Origin: Candidatus Eiseniibacteriota bacterium | GTDB lineage: Bacteria > Eisenbacteria > RBG-16-71-46 | NCBI GenBank assembly: GCA_031364845.1 | Contig: JANLWX010000166.1 | Location: 1-33,321 of the forward strand | DNA: 33,321 bases | Reading direction: 5' to 3' | Shown: one piece after another, positions 9,450-18,992 of the stretch | How the letters are laid out: the number at the start of each line of letters is the position of its first letter | Numbering within the stretch: the first letter of the stretch is position 1 | Notes under the pieces: model-generated | The model's input: the letters and a program-made list of their open reading frames with translations, nothing else | The model's database searches: none | Told to the model about the DNA's origin: nothing | Position numbers and translations under genes: made by a program

Positions 9450-10769
9450 ATGCTCGACAAGTTTCGCAACATCTTCCAGGTTCCTGAGCTCAAGCGGCGG
9501 ATCTTCTTCACGCTCGCGATGTTCGTCGTGTACCGGCTTGGGGAGCACATCCCGACGCCGGGCGTGAACGCGCGCGCGCTGAACGCGGCATTCGAGAGCC
9601 AGCGGGGAACGCTGTTCGGCCTCTACGACCTGTTCGTCGGCGGTGCCTTCTCTCGCGCGACCATTTTCGCGCTCGGGATCATGCCGTACATCTCGTCCTC
9701 GATCATCCTGCAGCTGCTGGGTGCGGTGGTTCCGTATCTCGAGAAGCTGCGCAAGGAGGGCGAGGAAGGTCAGAAGAAGCTCACCCAGCTCACACGTTAC
9801 GGCACGGTGATCATCTCGATCGTTCAGTCGCTCGCCTACAGCGTGTTCCTCGTGAACATGGGAGCGGCGGAAGGTCTGACGGTTGTGCCGCATCCGGGGC
9901 TGCTGTTCACCTTGTCGACGATCATCACTCAGACCACCGGCACGATCTTCGTGATGTGGCTCGGAGAGAAGATCACCGAACACGGCATCGGCAACGGTAT
10001 TTCGCTGATCATCTTCGTGAACATCATCGGCGGCGGGCCGAATGCGATTCTCGCCGCGTTCGAGAGCATTCGCGCAGGAACGCTGTCACCGATCGTGGCG
10101 CTCCTCGTCGTGGCGCTGATGGTGCTGATCGTCGCGGCAGTCGTGCTCATGACGCAGGCGGTGCGCAAGATTCCGGTGCAGTACGCCAAGCGCATCGTGG
10201 GACGCCGGATGTACGGCGGATCGAATACGCACATCCCGCTCCGCGTGAACACCGCGGGCGTGATTCCGATCATTTTCGCATCATCGGTGATGATTCTGCC
10301 GGCCACGATCGCGGGCTTCGTGCCTCCGAATCACCCGCTTGCCGCGATGGGATCATGGTTCGGCCGCACGACCGTTCCTTACAACCTGCTCTATGGACTG
10401 ATCATCATCTTCTTCACGTACTTCTACACCGCGGTCGTGCTCAATCCGAACGACCTCGCGGAGAACATGCGCAAGTACGGAGGCTTCATTCCGGGCATCC
10501 GCCCGGGGCGCAAGACGGCCGAGTACATCGACCGGGTGCTGTCGCGGATCACGCTGCCGGGTGCGATCTTCCTGGCGCTCATTGCGGTGATTCCCGACGT
10601 GCTGATCGCAACCTCAGGACTGCCGTTCCTGGGCTTCGGCGGCACCAGCGTGCTGATCGTGGTCGGTGTCGCGCTCGATACGCTGCAGCAGATCGAATCG
10701 CACCTGTTGATGAGGCACTACGAAGGGTTTGTGAAGCGGGGCCGCATTCGTGGCCGGCAGAGAATGTAA
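9450..10769 (+). CDS. secY: Preprotein translocase subunit SecY
   Basis: IFALGIMPYISSSII, WLGEKITEHGIGNGISL, AGVIPIIFA, FIPGIRPG and FGGTS motifs. Confidence 0.99.
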   Translation: MLDKFRNIFQVPELKRRIFFTLAMFVVYRLGEHIPTPGVNARALNAAFESQRGTLFGLYDLFVGGAFSRATIFALGIMPYISSSIILQLLGAVVPYLEKLRKEGEEGQKKLTQLTRYGTVIISIVQSLAYSVFLVNMGAAEGLTVVPHPGLLFTLSTIITQTTGTIFVMWLGEKITEHGIGNGISLIIFVNIIGGGPNAILAAFESIRAGTLSPIVALLVVALMVLIVAAVVLMTQAVRKIPVQYAKRIVGRRMYGGSNTHIPLRVNTAGVIPIIFASSVMILPATIAGFVPPNHPLAAMGSWFGRTTVPYNLLYGLIIIFFTYFYTAVVLNPNDLAENMRKYGGFIPGIRPGRKTAEYIDRVLSRITLPGAIFLALIAVIPDVLIATSGLPFLGFGGTSVLIVVGVALDTLQQIESHLLMRHYEGFVKRGRIRGRQRM

Positions 10770-11432
10770 ATGCGAAACGTACTGCTCGGGCCGCCGGGCG
10801 TCGGCAAGGGAACGCAGGGCCGGCGACTCGCCGAAGAGTACGGTTGGGTGTTGATTTCGACAGGTGAGATTCTTCGCGAGGCGGTGACGCGTGAGACACC
10901 TCTCGGAATCGAAGCGAGACGGCAGATGGATTCGGGGTTTTTGGTCGCCGACGAGGTCATGATCGGCCTGGTTCGCGACCGGACACTCGAGCCCGATGCC
11001 ACCAATGGATTCGTGCTGGATGGATTCCCGCGAACGGTTCCGCAGGCGGTTGCGCTCGATGCGTTGCTCGCCGAACGGGGACAGTCGCTGGATGCGGTCG
11101 CGAGCCTGGCCGCACCGGTGGACGAGCTGGTGCGGCGGATCGCCGCCCGGCGCGAGTGCCCGCAGTGCAAGCGGTCCTATAATGTGGTGAGTGCGCCGCC
11201 GCGTGACGGCACGCACTGTGACGATCATCCGGCGGTGGCGCTGGTTCAGCGTGCCGACGACACCGAGCACACGATTCGCAAGCGGCTCGAAGTTTACGAG
11301 GCGCAGACGGCGCCGCTGGTGGAGCACTACCGGAAGCTCGGGCGGCTGATCGAAGTGCAGGGAATGGGAGAGATGGATACGGTCTATTCGGCGCTCAAAC
11401 GGGCGCTCGACGGAGTCCGTACCGCGAGGTGA
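10770..11432 (+). CDS. adk: Adenylate kinase (long LID, zinc-type)
   Basis: P-loop GPPGVGKGTQ, STGEILR, LDGFPRT, QRADD; LID CPQC-x16-CDDH. Confidence 0.98.
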   Translation: MRNVLLGPPGVGKGTQGRRLAEEYGWVLISTGEILREAVTRETPLGIEARRQMDSGFLVADEVMIGLVRDRTLEPDATNGFVLDGFPRTVPQAVALDALLAERGQSLDAVASLAAPVDELVRRIAARRECPQCKRSYNVVSAPPRDGTHCDDHPAVALVQRADDTEHTIRKRLEVYEAQTAPLVEHYRKLGRLIEVQGMGEMDTVYSALKRALDGVRTAR

Positions 11433-11436
11433 TGTC

Positions 11437-12195
11437 TTGGTCTATCTGAGGAACCGCGACGAAATCGAAGCGATCCGCGCCGCCGCACGGCTGGTGGGAC
11501 GCACGCTGCGCATGCTCGAATCCGAGGTGCGCCCGGGCGTGACGACCCAGCATCTGGACCGGCTGGCGGAGACCTTCATTCGCGACAATGGCGGCCGTCC
11601 GGCGTTCAAGGGCTATCGCGGGTTTCCCGCGTCGATCTGCCCGTCTGTCAACGCCGAGGTCGTGCACGCGATTCCGGGACCCTACACACTCAAGGACGGC
11701 GACATCGTCGGCATCGACGTCGGCGTCGAGAAGGACGGTTACTTCGGGGATGCGGCACTGACGGTGCCGGTCGGCAACGTGTCGGACGAGGCGCGCCGCC
11801 TGCTCGACGTCACCCGCCAGGCACTCGCCGAAGCCATCGTTCACGCGAAGGCCGGCAATCGGGTCGGCGACATTTCGCATGCGGTGCAGGAATACGCCGA
11901 GAAGCACGGCTTCTCGGTGGTCAGGACGCTGGTCGGTCATGGGATCGGGCGTGAGATGCATGAGGAGCCGCAAGTTCCGAACTACGGCCCTCCGGCGCGC
12001 GGGCCCCGTCTCATGACCGGTCAGGTTCTTGCGATCGAACCCATGGTCAATGTGGGCGGTCACGAGGTGGTGGTGCAGCCGGATGGCTGGACCGTGGTGA
12101 CGAAGGACGGCTCTCTGAGCGCGCACTTCGAGCATACGGTGGCGGTCGGTCCGGACGGTCCCGAGATCCTTTCGGATCCGGGCCAGGAAGGCTGA
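11437..12195 (+). CDS. map: Methionine aminopeptidase, type I
   Basis: TTG start; [29 protein letters not shown] and SAHFEHT motifs. Confidence 0.98.
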   Translation: MVYLRNRDEIEAIRAAARLVGRTLRMLESEVRPGVTTQHLDRLAETFIRDNGGRPAFKGYRGFPASICPSVNAEVVHAIPGPYTLKDGDIVGIDVGVEKDGYFGDAALTVPVGNVSDEARRLLDVTRQALAEAIVHAKAGNRVGDISHAVQEYAEKHGFSVVRTLVGHGIGREMHEEPQVPNYGPPARGPRLMTGQVLAIEPMVNVGGHEVVVQPDGWTVVTKDGSLSAHFEHTVAVGPDGPEILSDPGQEG

Positions 12196-12196
12196 A

Positions 12197-12415
12197 TTGG
12201 CGAAAGAAGAGGGCATCCAGGTCGAAGGCACGGTCGTCGAGCCGCTCCCGAACGCGATGTTCCGGGTCGAACTCGAGAACAAACACATCGTGCTGGCCCA
12301 TATCTCGGGCAAGATGCGGATGCATTTCATCAAGATCCTCCCGGGCGACAAGGTCACGGTCGAGCTGTCACCGTACGACCTGAATCGCGGGCGGATCGTG
12401 TACCGGTACAAGTAA
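12197..12415 (+). CDS. infA: Translation initiation factor IF-1
   Basis: [21 protein letters not shown] and SPYDL motifs. Confidence 0.99.
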   Translation: MAKEEGIQVEGTVVEPLPNAMFRVELENKHIVLAHISGKMRMHFIKILPGDKVTVELSPYDLNRGRIVYRYK

Positions 12416-12429
12416 GGAGACGGTCCGAT

Positions 12430-12546
12430 ATGAAGGTCCGTACGTCGGTAAAGAAGATCTGCGAGCACTGCAAAGTGGTGCGTCGCAAGGGCGTGATCCG
12501 CGTGATCTGCAAGCGCAATCCCCGGCACAAGCAACGGCAGAAGTAG
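12430..12546 (+). CDS. rpmJ: 50S ribosomal protein L36 (zinc ribbon; absent from the ORF track)
   Basis: Manual translation gives [46 protein letters not shown]. Confidence 0.99.
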   Translation: MKVRTSVKKICEHCKVVRRKGVIRVICKRNPRHKQRQK

Positions 12547-12580
12547 CAGGCAGGCTGGCTGCTAGCGAAGGAGGAAGTCT

Positions 12581-12979
12581 GTGGCACGTATCGCGGGCGT
12601 CGATTTGCCGGCCGACAAGCGGATTGAAATCGCGCTGACTTACATCTACGGCATCGGTCGGAACACGGCGATGCGGATTCTCGATTCGGCAGGGGTGCGC
12701 CCGGAGATCCGGGTGAAGAACCTGAGCGACGAGGACACCGGAAAGCTCCGTGGCATCATCGAGCGCGAGTACAAGGTGGAAGGTGCTCTGCGCAGTGAGA
12801 TCGCGATGAACATCAAGCGATTGATGGACATCGGAGCGTATCGCGGACTGCGGCATCGCCGCGGGCTGCCGGTACGCGGACAACGCACGAAGACGAATGC
12901 TCGCACCCGCAAGGGACCCAAGAAGACCGCGGGCGCTGCGCGCAAGGCCGCACCGGCAAAGGCGGGCGTCAAGAAGTAG
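12581..12979 (+). CDS. rpsM: 30S ribosomal protein S13
   Basis: GTG start; [16 protein letters not shown] and [25 protein letters not shown] motifs. Confidence 0.99.
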   Translation: MARIAGVDLPADKRIEIALTYIYGIGRNTAMRILDSAGVRPEIRVKNLSDEDTGKLRGIIEREYKVEGALRSEIAMNIKRLMDIGAYRGLRHRRGLPVRGQRTKTNARTRKGPKKTAGAARKAAPAKAGVKK

Positions 12980-13024
12980 TTCGCACGCGCGTCGCTACAC
13001 AAGCGATGCGCATGGAGGATTCGA

Positions 13025-13411
13025 GTGACCGAAGCAAAGAAGGGCAAGAAGCGGGATCGCAAGGTGTCGGCCAACGGTGTCGCACACGTGCAGGCGAGCT
13101 TCAACAACACGATCATCACGATCACCGACATGGACGGCAACGTGGTCTCGTGGGCCAGTGGAGGCAAGGTCGGCTTCAAGGGTTCGCGCAAGAGCACGCC
13201 GTTCGCGGCGCAGGTCGCCGCGGAGGCGACCGGGCGCGAAGCGTTGAACTATGGCATGAAGCGCGTCGAGGTCTGGGTCAAGGGCCCGGGCGGCGGACGC
13301 GAAGCGGCCATTCGATCCCTTCAGGCGGTTGGTCTCGAGATCTCCGCAATCAAGGACGTCACTCCAATTCCCCACAATGGCTGCCGCCCGCCCAAGCGGC
13401 GTCGCGTCTAG
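13025..13411 (+). CDS. rpsK: 30S ribosomal protein S11
   Basis: [19 protein letters not shown] and [18 protein letters not shown] motifs. Confidence 0.99.
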   Translation: MTEAKKGKKRDRKVSANGVAHVQASFNNTIITITDMDGNVVSWASGGKVGFKGSRKSTPFAAQVAAEATGREALNYGMKRVEVWVKGPGGGREAAIRSLQAVGLEISAIKDVTPIPHNGCRPPKRRRV

Positions 13412-13423
13412 GAGAGCCCGAAC

Positions 13424-14053
13424 ATGGCGGTATATCACGATGCAAAGTGCCGGCTGTGCCGGCGCGAGGGCATGAAGCTCTTCCTCAAGGCGTCGCGCTG
13501 CTTCTCGGACAAGTGCGCAATCGAGCGCCGCGGCTACGCGCCCGGTGAACACGGGAAGAGCCGTCGCGTCAAGGAAACCAACTACGGACTGCAGCTGCGC
13601 GAGAAGCAGAAGGCCCGCCGCATCTACGGGCTGCTCGAGCGCCAGTTCCGTCACTACTTCCACAAGGCGTCGGACGCGAAGGGCGTGACGGGCGAAGTGC
13701 TGCTCCAGATGCTCGAGCGCCGTCTCGACAACGTCATCTTCCGTCTCGGTTTCGCAGGCAACCGTGCGACCGCGCGCCAGATCGTCCGTCACGGACACGT
13801 GCGCGTGAACGGCCGCAAGGTCGACATTCCTTCGTTCCTCGTCAAGAGCGGCGATGAAGTCTCGATCCGCGAACGTAGCAAGAAGCTGTCGGTGGTCGTG
13901 AACTCGCTCGAGTCGCGCAAGGGCCAGTCGTCGCCCGAGTGGCTCGAGGTCAACGCGGACCAGGTCACCGGCCGTGTTCTCAGCATTCCCACGCGGGAGT
14001 CGATCCCGGTGCCGATCAACGAGCAGCTCATCGTCGAGCTCTACTCGAAGTAG
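13424..14053 (+). CDS. rpsD: 30S ribosomal protein S4 (zinc-type)
   Basis: [32 protein letters not shown] and IVELYSK motifs. Confidence 0.99.
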   Translation: MAVYHDAKCRLCRREGMKLFLKASRCFSDKCAIERRGYAPGEHGKSRRVKETNYGLQLREKQKARRIYGLLERQFRHYFHKASDAKGVTGEVLLQMLERRLDNVIFRLGFAGNRATARQIVRHGHVRVNGRKVDIPSFLVKSGDEVSIRERSKKLSVVVNSLESRKGQSSPEWLEVNADQVTGRVLSIPTRESIPVPINEQLIVELYSK

Positions 14054-14085
14054 TTTCAGGACCCCTCTCACCGGGAGCCTTGCAT

Positions 14086-15081
14086 ATGAAGTGGAAGAAT
14101 CTGACCATGCCGAAGCAGCTCGTGCCCGATTCCAACAACGATGATGGCTACGCGAAGTTCGTGATCGAGCCGCTGGAGCGCGGCTTCGGGCTCACGCTCG
14201 GGAACGCGCTGCGCCGCGTGCTGCTCTCGTCGTTGCAGGGTGCCGCGGTGTCCGCGGTGCGCATCGACGGCGTGCTGCACGAATTCTCGACTCTGCCGGG
14301 CGTGATCGAGGACGTGACCGAGATCATCCTCAATCTCAAGCAGGTGCGCCTCAAGCTGCACGGCGACGGCCCGAAGAAGGGCGTGTTCGAGATGAAGGGC
14401 AAGGGCGAAGTGCGCGCCGGGAACATGGTGGTCGATCCCGAGATCGAGATCCTGAATCCCGATCTGCACATCGCGACGCTCAACCGTGACGGCGATCTCC
14501 GAATGGAAGTCGAGATCGGCGGCGGACGCGGCTATGTGTCGGCGGACATGCACTCGGCGACGGACCGTCCGATCGGCGTGATTCCGATCGATTCGCTGTT
14601 CTCGCCGGTCACGAAGGTGAACTACCAGGTCGAGGCCACGCGTCTCGGCCAGCGCATCGACTACGACAAGCTGACCGTCGAAGTGTGGACCGATCGCAGC
14701 ATCCTTCCGCAGGATGCCGTGGCGGTTGCGGCCAAGATCCTGCGCGACCACTTCAGCCTGTTCATCAACTTCGAGGAGCCGATCGAGGAAGAGGCCGAGG
14801 AGGAAGTCGACGAGGAGATCATGCGCATCCGCAAGCTGCTCGACAAGAGCGTGGACGAGCTGGAACTGTCCGTGCGTTCGAGCAACTGCCTGCGGGCCGC
14901 CGAGATCAAGTCGATCGGCGATCTGGTTCAGAAGGGCGAACCGGAGATGCTCAAGTTCCGCAACTTCGGGCGCAAGTCGCTGAAGGAGATCCAGGACATC
15001 CTGGGCGAGATGGGACTCCACTTCGGCATGGATGTGAGCCGCTACGTGGAATCCAAGTCAATGGTGAGCTCGGAGAACTGA
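14086..15081 (+). CDS. rpoA: DNA-directed RNA polymerase subunit alpha
   Basis: [37 protein letters not shown] and NFGRKSL motifs; ATG 14086. Confidence 0.99.
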   Translation: MKWKNLTMPKQLVPDSNNDDGYAKFVIEPLERGFGLTLGNALRRVLLSSLQGAAVSAVRIDGVLHEFSTLPGVIEDVTEIILNLKQVRLKLHGDGPKKGVFEMKGKGEVRAGNMVVDPEIEILNPDLHIATLNRDGDLRMEVEIGGGRGYVSADMHSATDRPIGVIPIDSLFSPVTKVNYQVEATRLGQRIDYDKLTVEVWTDRSILPQDAVAVAAKILRDHFSLFINFEEPIEEEAEEEVDEEIMRIRKLLDKSVDELELSVRSSNCLRAAEIKSIGDLVQKGEPEMLKFRNFGRKSLKEIQDILGEMGLHFGMDVSRYVESKSMVSSEN

Positions 15082-15133
15082 GCGGAGCGCCACGCGCTTC
15101 TATGTCCTGGACGGATTGGGGAGTATCGAAGAC

Positions 15134-15703
15134 ATGCGACATCGCAAAGCCTTTCGCAAGCTGAGCCGGACTGCGGCGCATCGCCGTGCGGTCCTGCGCA
15201 ATCTGGTGACCGCGCTGTTCGAATACGAGCGTATCGAGACGACCGTGGCCAAGGCCAAGGAAGCTCGCCCGGTCGCCGAGAAGATGATCACCTTCGGCAA
15301 GCGCGGTGACCTCGCCGCGCGGCGCATGGTCGCGGCCTATGTCATGAAGCCGGCGATCACGGCGAAGCTGTTCGAGACCATCGCTCCGTGGTACACGGAC
15401 CGGCAGGGCGGCTACACCCGCATCCTCCGCATCGGGCACCGGCTCGGTGACGCGGGCGAAACCGCGTATCTGGAACTGGTGAAGAGCTCCGAGCAGAAGG
15501 ATAAGGAGCGCCAGGACCGTCTCGCCGCGGAAGAGCTGACCAAGGCGGCGGCCGCGGGCAAGAAGGTCGAGAAGAAGGCGAAGGCCGAGGCGGCGGAGGC
15601 GGAGGAGAAGCCGTCGCGCGGTCGCAAGAAGGGTGGTTCGGGCGACGCGGAGCCGGCGAATCCGGCGCGACGTCGCGGACGGACCGGCGTCAAGACCGGG
15701 TAG
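15134..15703 (+). CDS. rplQ: 50S ribosomal protein L17 with a charged C-terminal extension
   Basis: [25 protein letters not shown] and RLGD motifs; about 70 aa K/E/A-rich tail. Confidence 0.98.
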   Translation: MRHRKAFRKLSRTAAHRRAVLRNLVTALFEYERIETTVAKAKEARPVAEKMITFGKRGDLAARRMVAAYVMKPAITAKLFETIAPWYTDRQGGYTRILRIGHRLGDAGETAYLELVKSSEQKDKERQDRLAAEELTKAAAAGKKVEKKAKAEAAEAEEKPSRGRKKGGSGDAEPANPARRRGRTGVKTG

Positions 15704-15807
15704 TTCGAGGACGATACTCTCAGGATAGAAGAGCTTCAGGGTCGCTTTCCGTGACCGGCTGCATTCGCCGCCCACAAGGCCGCGGACCGGTTACTCCTCG
15801 AAGCTTC

Positions 15808-15848
15808 GAGCGCGGGCGGGGGTTCGCTTCCGCCCGCGCTTCTCTCTT
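15808..15848 (+). terminator. Probable intrinsic terminator after rplQ
   Basis: 14-bp stem AGCGCGGGCGGGGG / CTTCCGCCCGCGCT (two G-U pairs) with a TTCG loop, followed by the imperfect pyrimidine tract TCTCTCTT. Confidence 0.7.
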
Positions 15849-15859
15849 GTGGAGGGACC

Positions 15860-17056
15860 GTGACCGGCACTACCCGGTGGTTCGTGAGTGCCGTGTTGTT
15901 CGGGGTGCTCGCGGGTCTCGTGCCCCTGGCGGGTGCGGCGGACGTCGAGCCGGACTCGGCGCATGCCGCGGCGCCGGTCGACTACATGTGGGTCCTGCGC
16001 GGATCGCTCAAGAACCGCGCGGGAGTGGACAGCGTCATCGCGCGCGCGAAGCGGATGGGCGTGCGGGGAGTGCTGGTGCAGGTGGTCGGACGCGGCGACG
16101 CGTGCTACCGCTCGGACGTGCTGCCGCGCGCGGAGTTCCTGGATCCTCGCGAGGGGCCGGAGTTCGATCCGCTCGATGAGATGATCGGCCGGGCACACGA
16201 GGCCGGGATCGAAGTCCACGCGTGGGTCAACTGCCTGCTCGTGTGGTCGGCGCCCCGGCGGCCGCGTGATCCGCGGCACGTGGTGAATGCGCATCCGGAG
16301 TGGGTCGCGCGGTTGCAGGATGGCCGTTCGATGATGGCGCTCGGTGCGCGGGAACGGGCCATCAAGGGTGTCGAAGGCGTGTTTCTGTCGGCGGCGCACC
16401 CGGGAGTGCAGGCGTGGCTCGCCGCGATTTCGCGCGAGATCGCCGAGCGCTATCCGGTGGACGGGATTCATCTGGACTACATTCGCCATCCGAGCGTGAG
16501 CGTCGGATGGGATCAGACGACGCGGGCGCGCTTCGCGCTCGAAAGCGGCATCGATCCGGCGCGCACGGAGCACCTGGACGCGGCCGGACTCGTGGAGTTT
16601 CGCGAGGCATGGAATACGTTTCAACGCGGTGAAGTGACGGCGATCGTGCGCGCGATGCGCGACTCGGCGCGCGCGGTGCGGCCCGAGGTCGCGTTCTCCG
16701 CGGCGGTGATTGCCGACACGCTGCGGGCCGAGCGGTCGAACGCTCAGATGTGGCGGTCGTGGGTCCGGGACGGACTCGTCGATCGCGCGTTTCTGATGTG
16801 CTATGGGGCTCCGGTCCAGGCGGTGATGAACCAGCTGATCGGAGTCGCCGCAGAACTCGGGACCGGGGGTGAAGTCGTCCCCGGAATTGCGATGTACAAC
16901 ACAAAGCCGGCCACCGCCGCGCTCAAGATCAAAGGTGCTCGCGCGATGGGCTTTCCGCAAATCGCGCTGTATTCGTACGATTCGCTCTTCGAAGGGCGAG
17001 ACTATTGGAACGCGTTCAGGGCGCAATTCGAGTCCGACGCGCTGGGGAGTCGATGA
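15860..17056 (+). CDS. Exported glycoside hydrolase, GHL10/YddW (DigH)-like TIM barrel
   Basis: GTG after GGAGGG; N-terminal signal peptide; [15 protein letters not shown]...[11 protein letters not shown] and [10 protein letters not shown] motifs. Confidence 0.85.
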   Translation: MTGTTRWFVSAVLFGVLAGLVPLAGAADVEPDSAHAAAPVDYMWVLRGSLKNRAGVDSVIARAKRMGVRGVLVQVVGRGDACYRSDVLPRAEFLDPREGPEFDPLDEMIGRAHEAGIEVHAWVNCLLVWSAPRRPRDPRHVVNAHPEWVARLQDGRSMMALGARERAIKGVEGVFLSAAHPGVQAWLAAISREIAERYPVDGIHLDYIRHPSVSVGWDQTTRARFALESGIDPARTEHLDAAGLVEFREAWNTFQRGEVTAIVRAMRDSARAVRPEVAFSAAVIADTLRAERSNAQMWRSWVRDGLVDRAFLMCYGAPVQAVMNQLIGVAAELGTGGEVVPGIAMYNTKPATAALKIKGARAMGFPQIALYSYDSLFEGRDYWNAFRAQFESDALGSR

Positions 17057-18924
17057 ATCAGACCGAAATCCGAGGTGTCACACCCGCCGCGACCACGACC
17101 AACGCCGTGCGCGCGGACGTTCGCAACATCGCCATCATCGCCCACGTCGATCACGGAAAGACCACGCTGGTCGATGCCCTGCTGTGGCAGAGCGGCGTGT
17201 TCCGCGAGAATCAGGAAGTGGCCGAACGGGTGATGGACTCGAACGACCTCGAGCGCGAGAAGGGCATCACGATTCTCGCGAAGAACACCGCGGTCCGTTA
17301 CGGCGACACGAAGATCAACATCGTGGACACGCCGGGCCACGCCGACTTCGGCGGCGAGGTCGAGCGCACGCTCAAGATGGTCGACGGCGTGCTGCTGCTG
17401 GTCGATGCGAGTGAAGGTCCGCTGCCGCAGACGCGGTTCGTGCTCAAGAAGGCGCTCGAACTCGGGCTGCCGCCGATCGTCGTGATCAACAAGATTGACC
17501 GCAAGGACGCGCGTCCTCAGGAAGTGCTCAACGAGATCTATGACCTGTTCATCGATCTCGATGCGAACGAGCACCAGCTCGAGTTCCCGGTGCTGTGGAC
17601 GATCGCGCGCGAAGGCGTGTGCCGGATGTCTCCCGACGGCGAGAACCACCAGCTGAAGCCGCTGTTCGAGGAGATTCTCAAGACGATTCCCGCGCCCGCG
17701 TACGATTCCGAAATGCCGCTCCAGATGCTGATCCTGAATCTCGCGTATTCGGACTATGTCGGACGCCTCGCGGTCGGGCGCATCGTCAACGGACGCCTGA
17801 AGGCGCGCCAGGACGTCGTGCTCTCGACGATCGACGGCAGCCTCGTGCCGCGCCGCGTGACGAACCTCTACGTGTTCGAAGGCCTGGACCGCGTCGAAGT
17901 CGACGAGGCGGGTCCCGGCGACATCGTCGCACTCGCGGGCTTCGACGACGTCACGATCGGCGACACGATCACCGATCCCCAGCGCCCGATCGCGCTGGCG
18001 CGCGTAACCGTGGACGAGCCGACCGTGAGCATGGTGTTCCAGGTCAACAACTCGCCGTTCGCCGGGCAGGAGGGCAAGTACGTCACCTCGCGCAACATCC
18101 GCGAGCGGCTCGACCGCGAACTGCTGACCAACGTCAGCATCCGCGTCGATCCGGGCGAGACGCCCGACGCGTTCGTCGTCTCGGGCCGCGGTGAACTGCA
18201 GATGGCGATCCTGATCGAGATGATGCGCCGCGAAGGCTTCGAGCTCGCCGTCGGCAAGCCCGAGGTGCTGACGCGCGTCATCGACGGAACCAAGCACGAG
18301 CCGATGGAGCATCTCGTGATCGACTGCCCCGAGGAGTTCGTTGGCATCGTCACGCAGAAGATCGGCACCCGCAAAGGCCGCATGGTGAACATGGTCAACC
18401 ACGGCACCGGCCGCGTGAGGCTCGAGTTCCGCATCCCTTCGCGCGGATTGATCGGATTCCGCGGACCGTTCCTTTCGGACACTCGCGGCACCGGGCTGCT
18501 GAACCATCTGTTCGACGGCTGGGAGCCGTGGCTTGGAGAGATTCCGCACCGGATGACGGGTGCCCTGGTCTCCGACCGCCCCGGCAAGGTCACGCCGTAC
18601 GCGATCGAGCACGTCCAGGATCGCGGCGAGATCTTCGTCGGACCCACCGATCGCGTCTATGAAGGCATGATCATCGGCGAGAATGCGCGCGAGCAGGACA
18701 TGGACGTCAACATCGTGAAGGAGAAGAAGCTCACGAACATGCGCTCTTCGAATTCCGAGGAAGGCTACCGTCTGGTTCCCGTCCATCGCATGTCGCTCGA
18801 GCAGGCGCTCGAGTGGATCCGCGAGGACGAACTGCTCGAGGTCACGCCGGCGAGCCTGCGATTGCGCAAACGCGTGCTGGCAGCGAACATCCGGCCCCGT
18901 TACTGGCAGACCGGCGGGCAGTAA
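17053..18924 (+). CDS. typA: Translational GTPase TypA/BipA
   Basis: [62 protein letters not shown] and KKLTNMR motifs; ATGA overlap with the hydrolase gene. Confidence 0.98.
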   Translation: MNQTEIRGVTPAATTTNAVRADVRNIAIIAHVDHGKTTLVDALLWQSGVFRENQEVAERVMDSNDLEREKGITILAKNTAVRYGDTKINIVDTPGHADFGGEVERTLKMVDGVLLLVDASEGPLPQTRFVLKKALELGLPPIVVINKIDRKDARPQEVLNEIYDLFIDLDANEHQLEFPVLWTIAREGVCRMSPDGENHQLKPLFEEILKTIPAPAYDSEMPLQMLILNLAYSDYVGRLAVGRIVNGRLKARQDVVLSTIDGSLVPRRVTNLYVFEGLDRVEVDEAGPGDIVALAGFDDVTIGDTITDPQRPIALARVTVDEPTVSMVFQVNNSPFAGQEGKYVTSRNIRERLDRELLTNVSIRVDPGETPDAFVVSGRGELQMAILIEMMRREGFELAVGKPEVLTRVIDGTKHEPMEHLVIDCPEEFVGIVTQKIGTRKGRMVNMVNHGTGRVRLEFRIPSRGLIGFRGPFLSDTRGTGLLNHLFDGWEPWLGEIPHRMTGALVSDRPGKVTPYAIEHVQDRGEIFVGPTDRVYEGMIIGENAREQDMDVNIVKEKKLTNMRSSNSEEGYRLVPVHRMSLEQALEWIREDELLEVTPASLRLRKRVLAANIRPRYWQTGGQ

Positions 18925-18936
18925 CTCCTCAAGTTC

Positions 18937-18992
18937 GGCCGGTGCGTTCCCGATACCCCCGGGGTATCGGGAGACCCTTCCACGCACCGACC
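18937..18992. repeat. Nested inverted repeat between typA and the kinase gene
   Basis: Inner arms TCCCGATACCCC (18948-18959) / GGGGTATCGGGA (18961-18972); outer arms GGCCGGTGCGT (18937-18947) / ACGCACCGACC (18982-18992) with one mismatch. Confidence 0.85.

Noticed and set aside
15490..15703. Long L17 C-terminal tail and short basic tails on S3, S13 and S19
   Set aside because: Low-complexity tails like these are common in several phyla, so they are not novel on their own.
15750..15800. GGCGAATG on the minus strand resembling the HDV ribozyme J4/2; also considered SRP and 6S RNA
   Set aside because: No upstream P2 partner or nested double pseudoknot; the SRP core motif and 6S length and shape are absent.
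466..18987. Many long antisense or alternate-frame ORFs (for example 1640-3040, 5660-7057, 17002-18987)
   Set aside because: Shadows of high-GC3 genes; they overlap unambiguous conserved genes and have no recognisable motifs.
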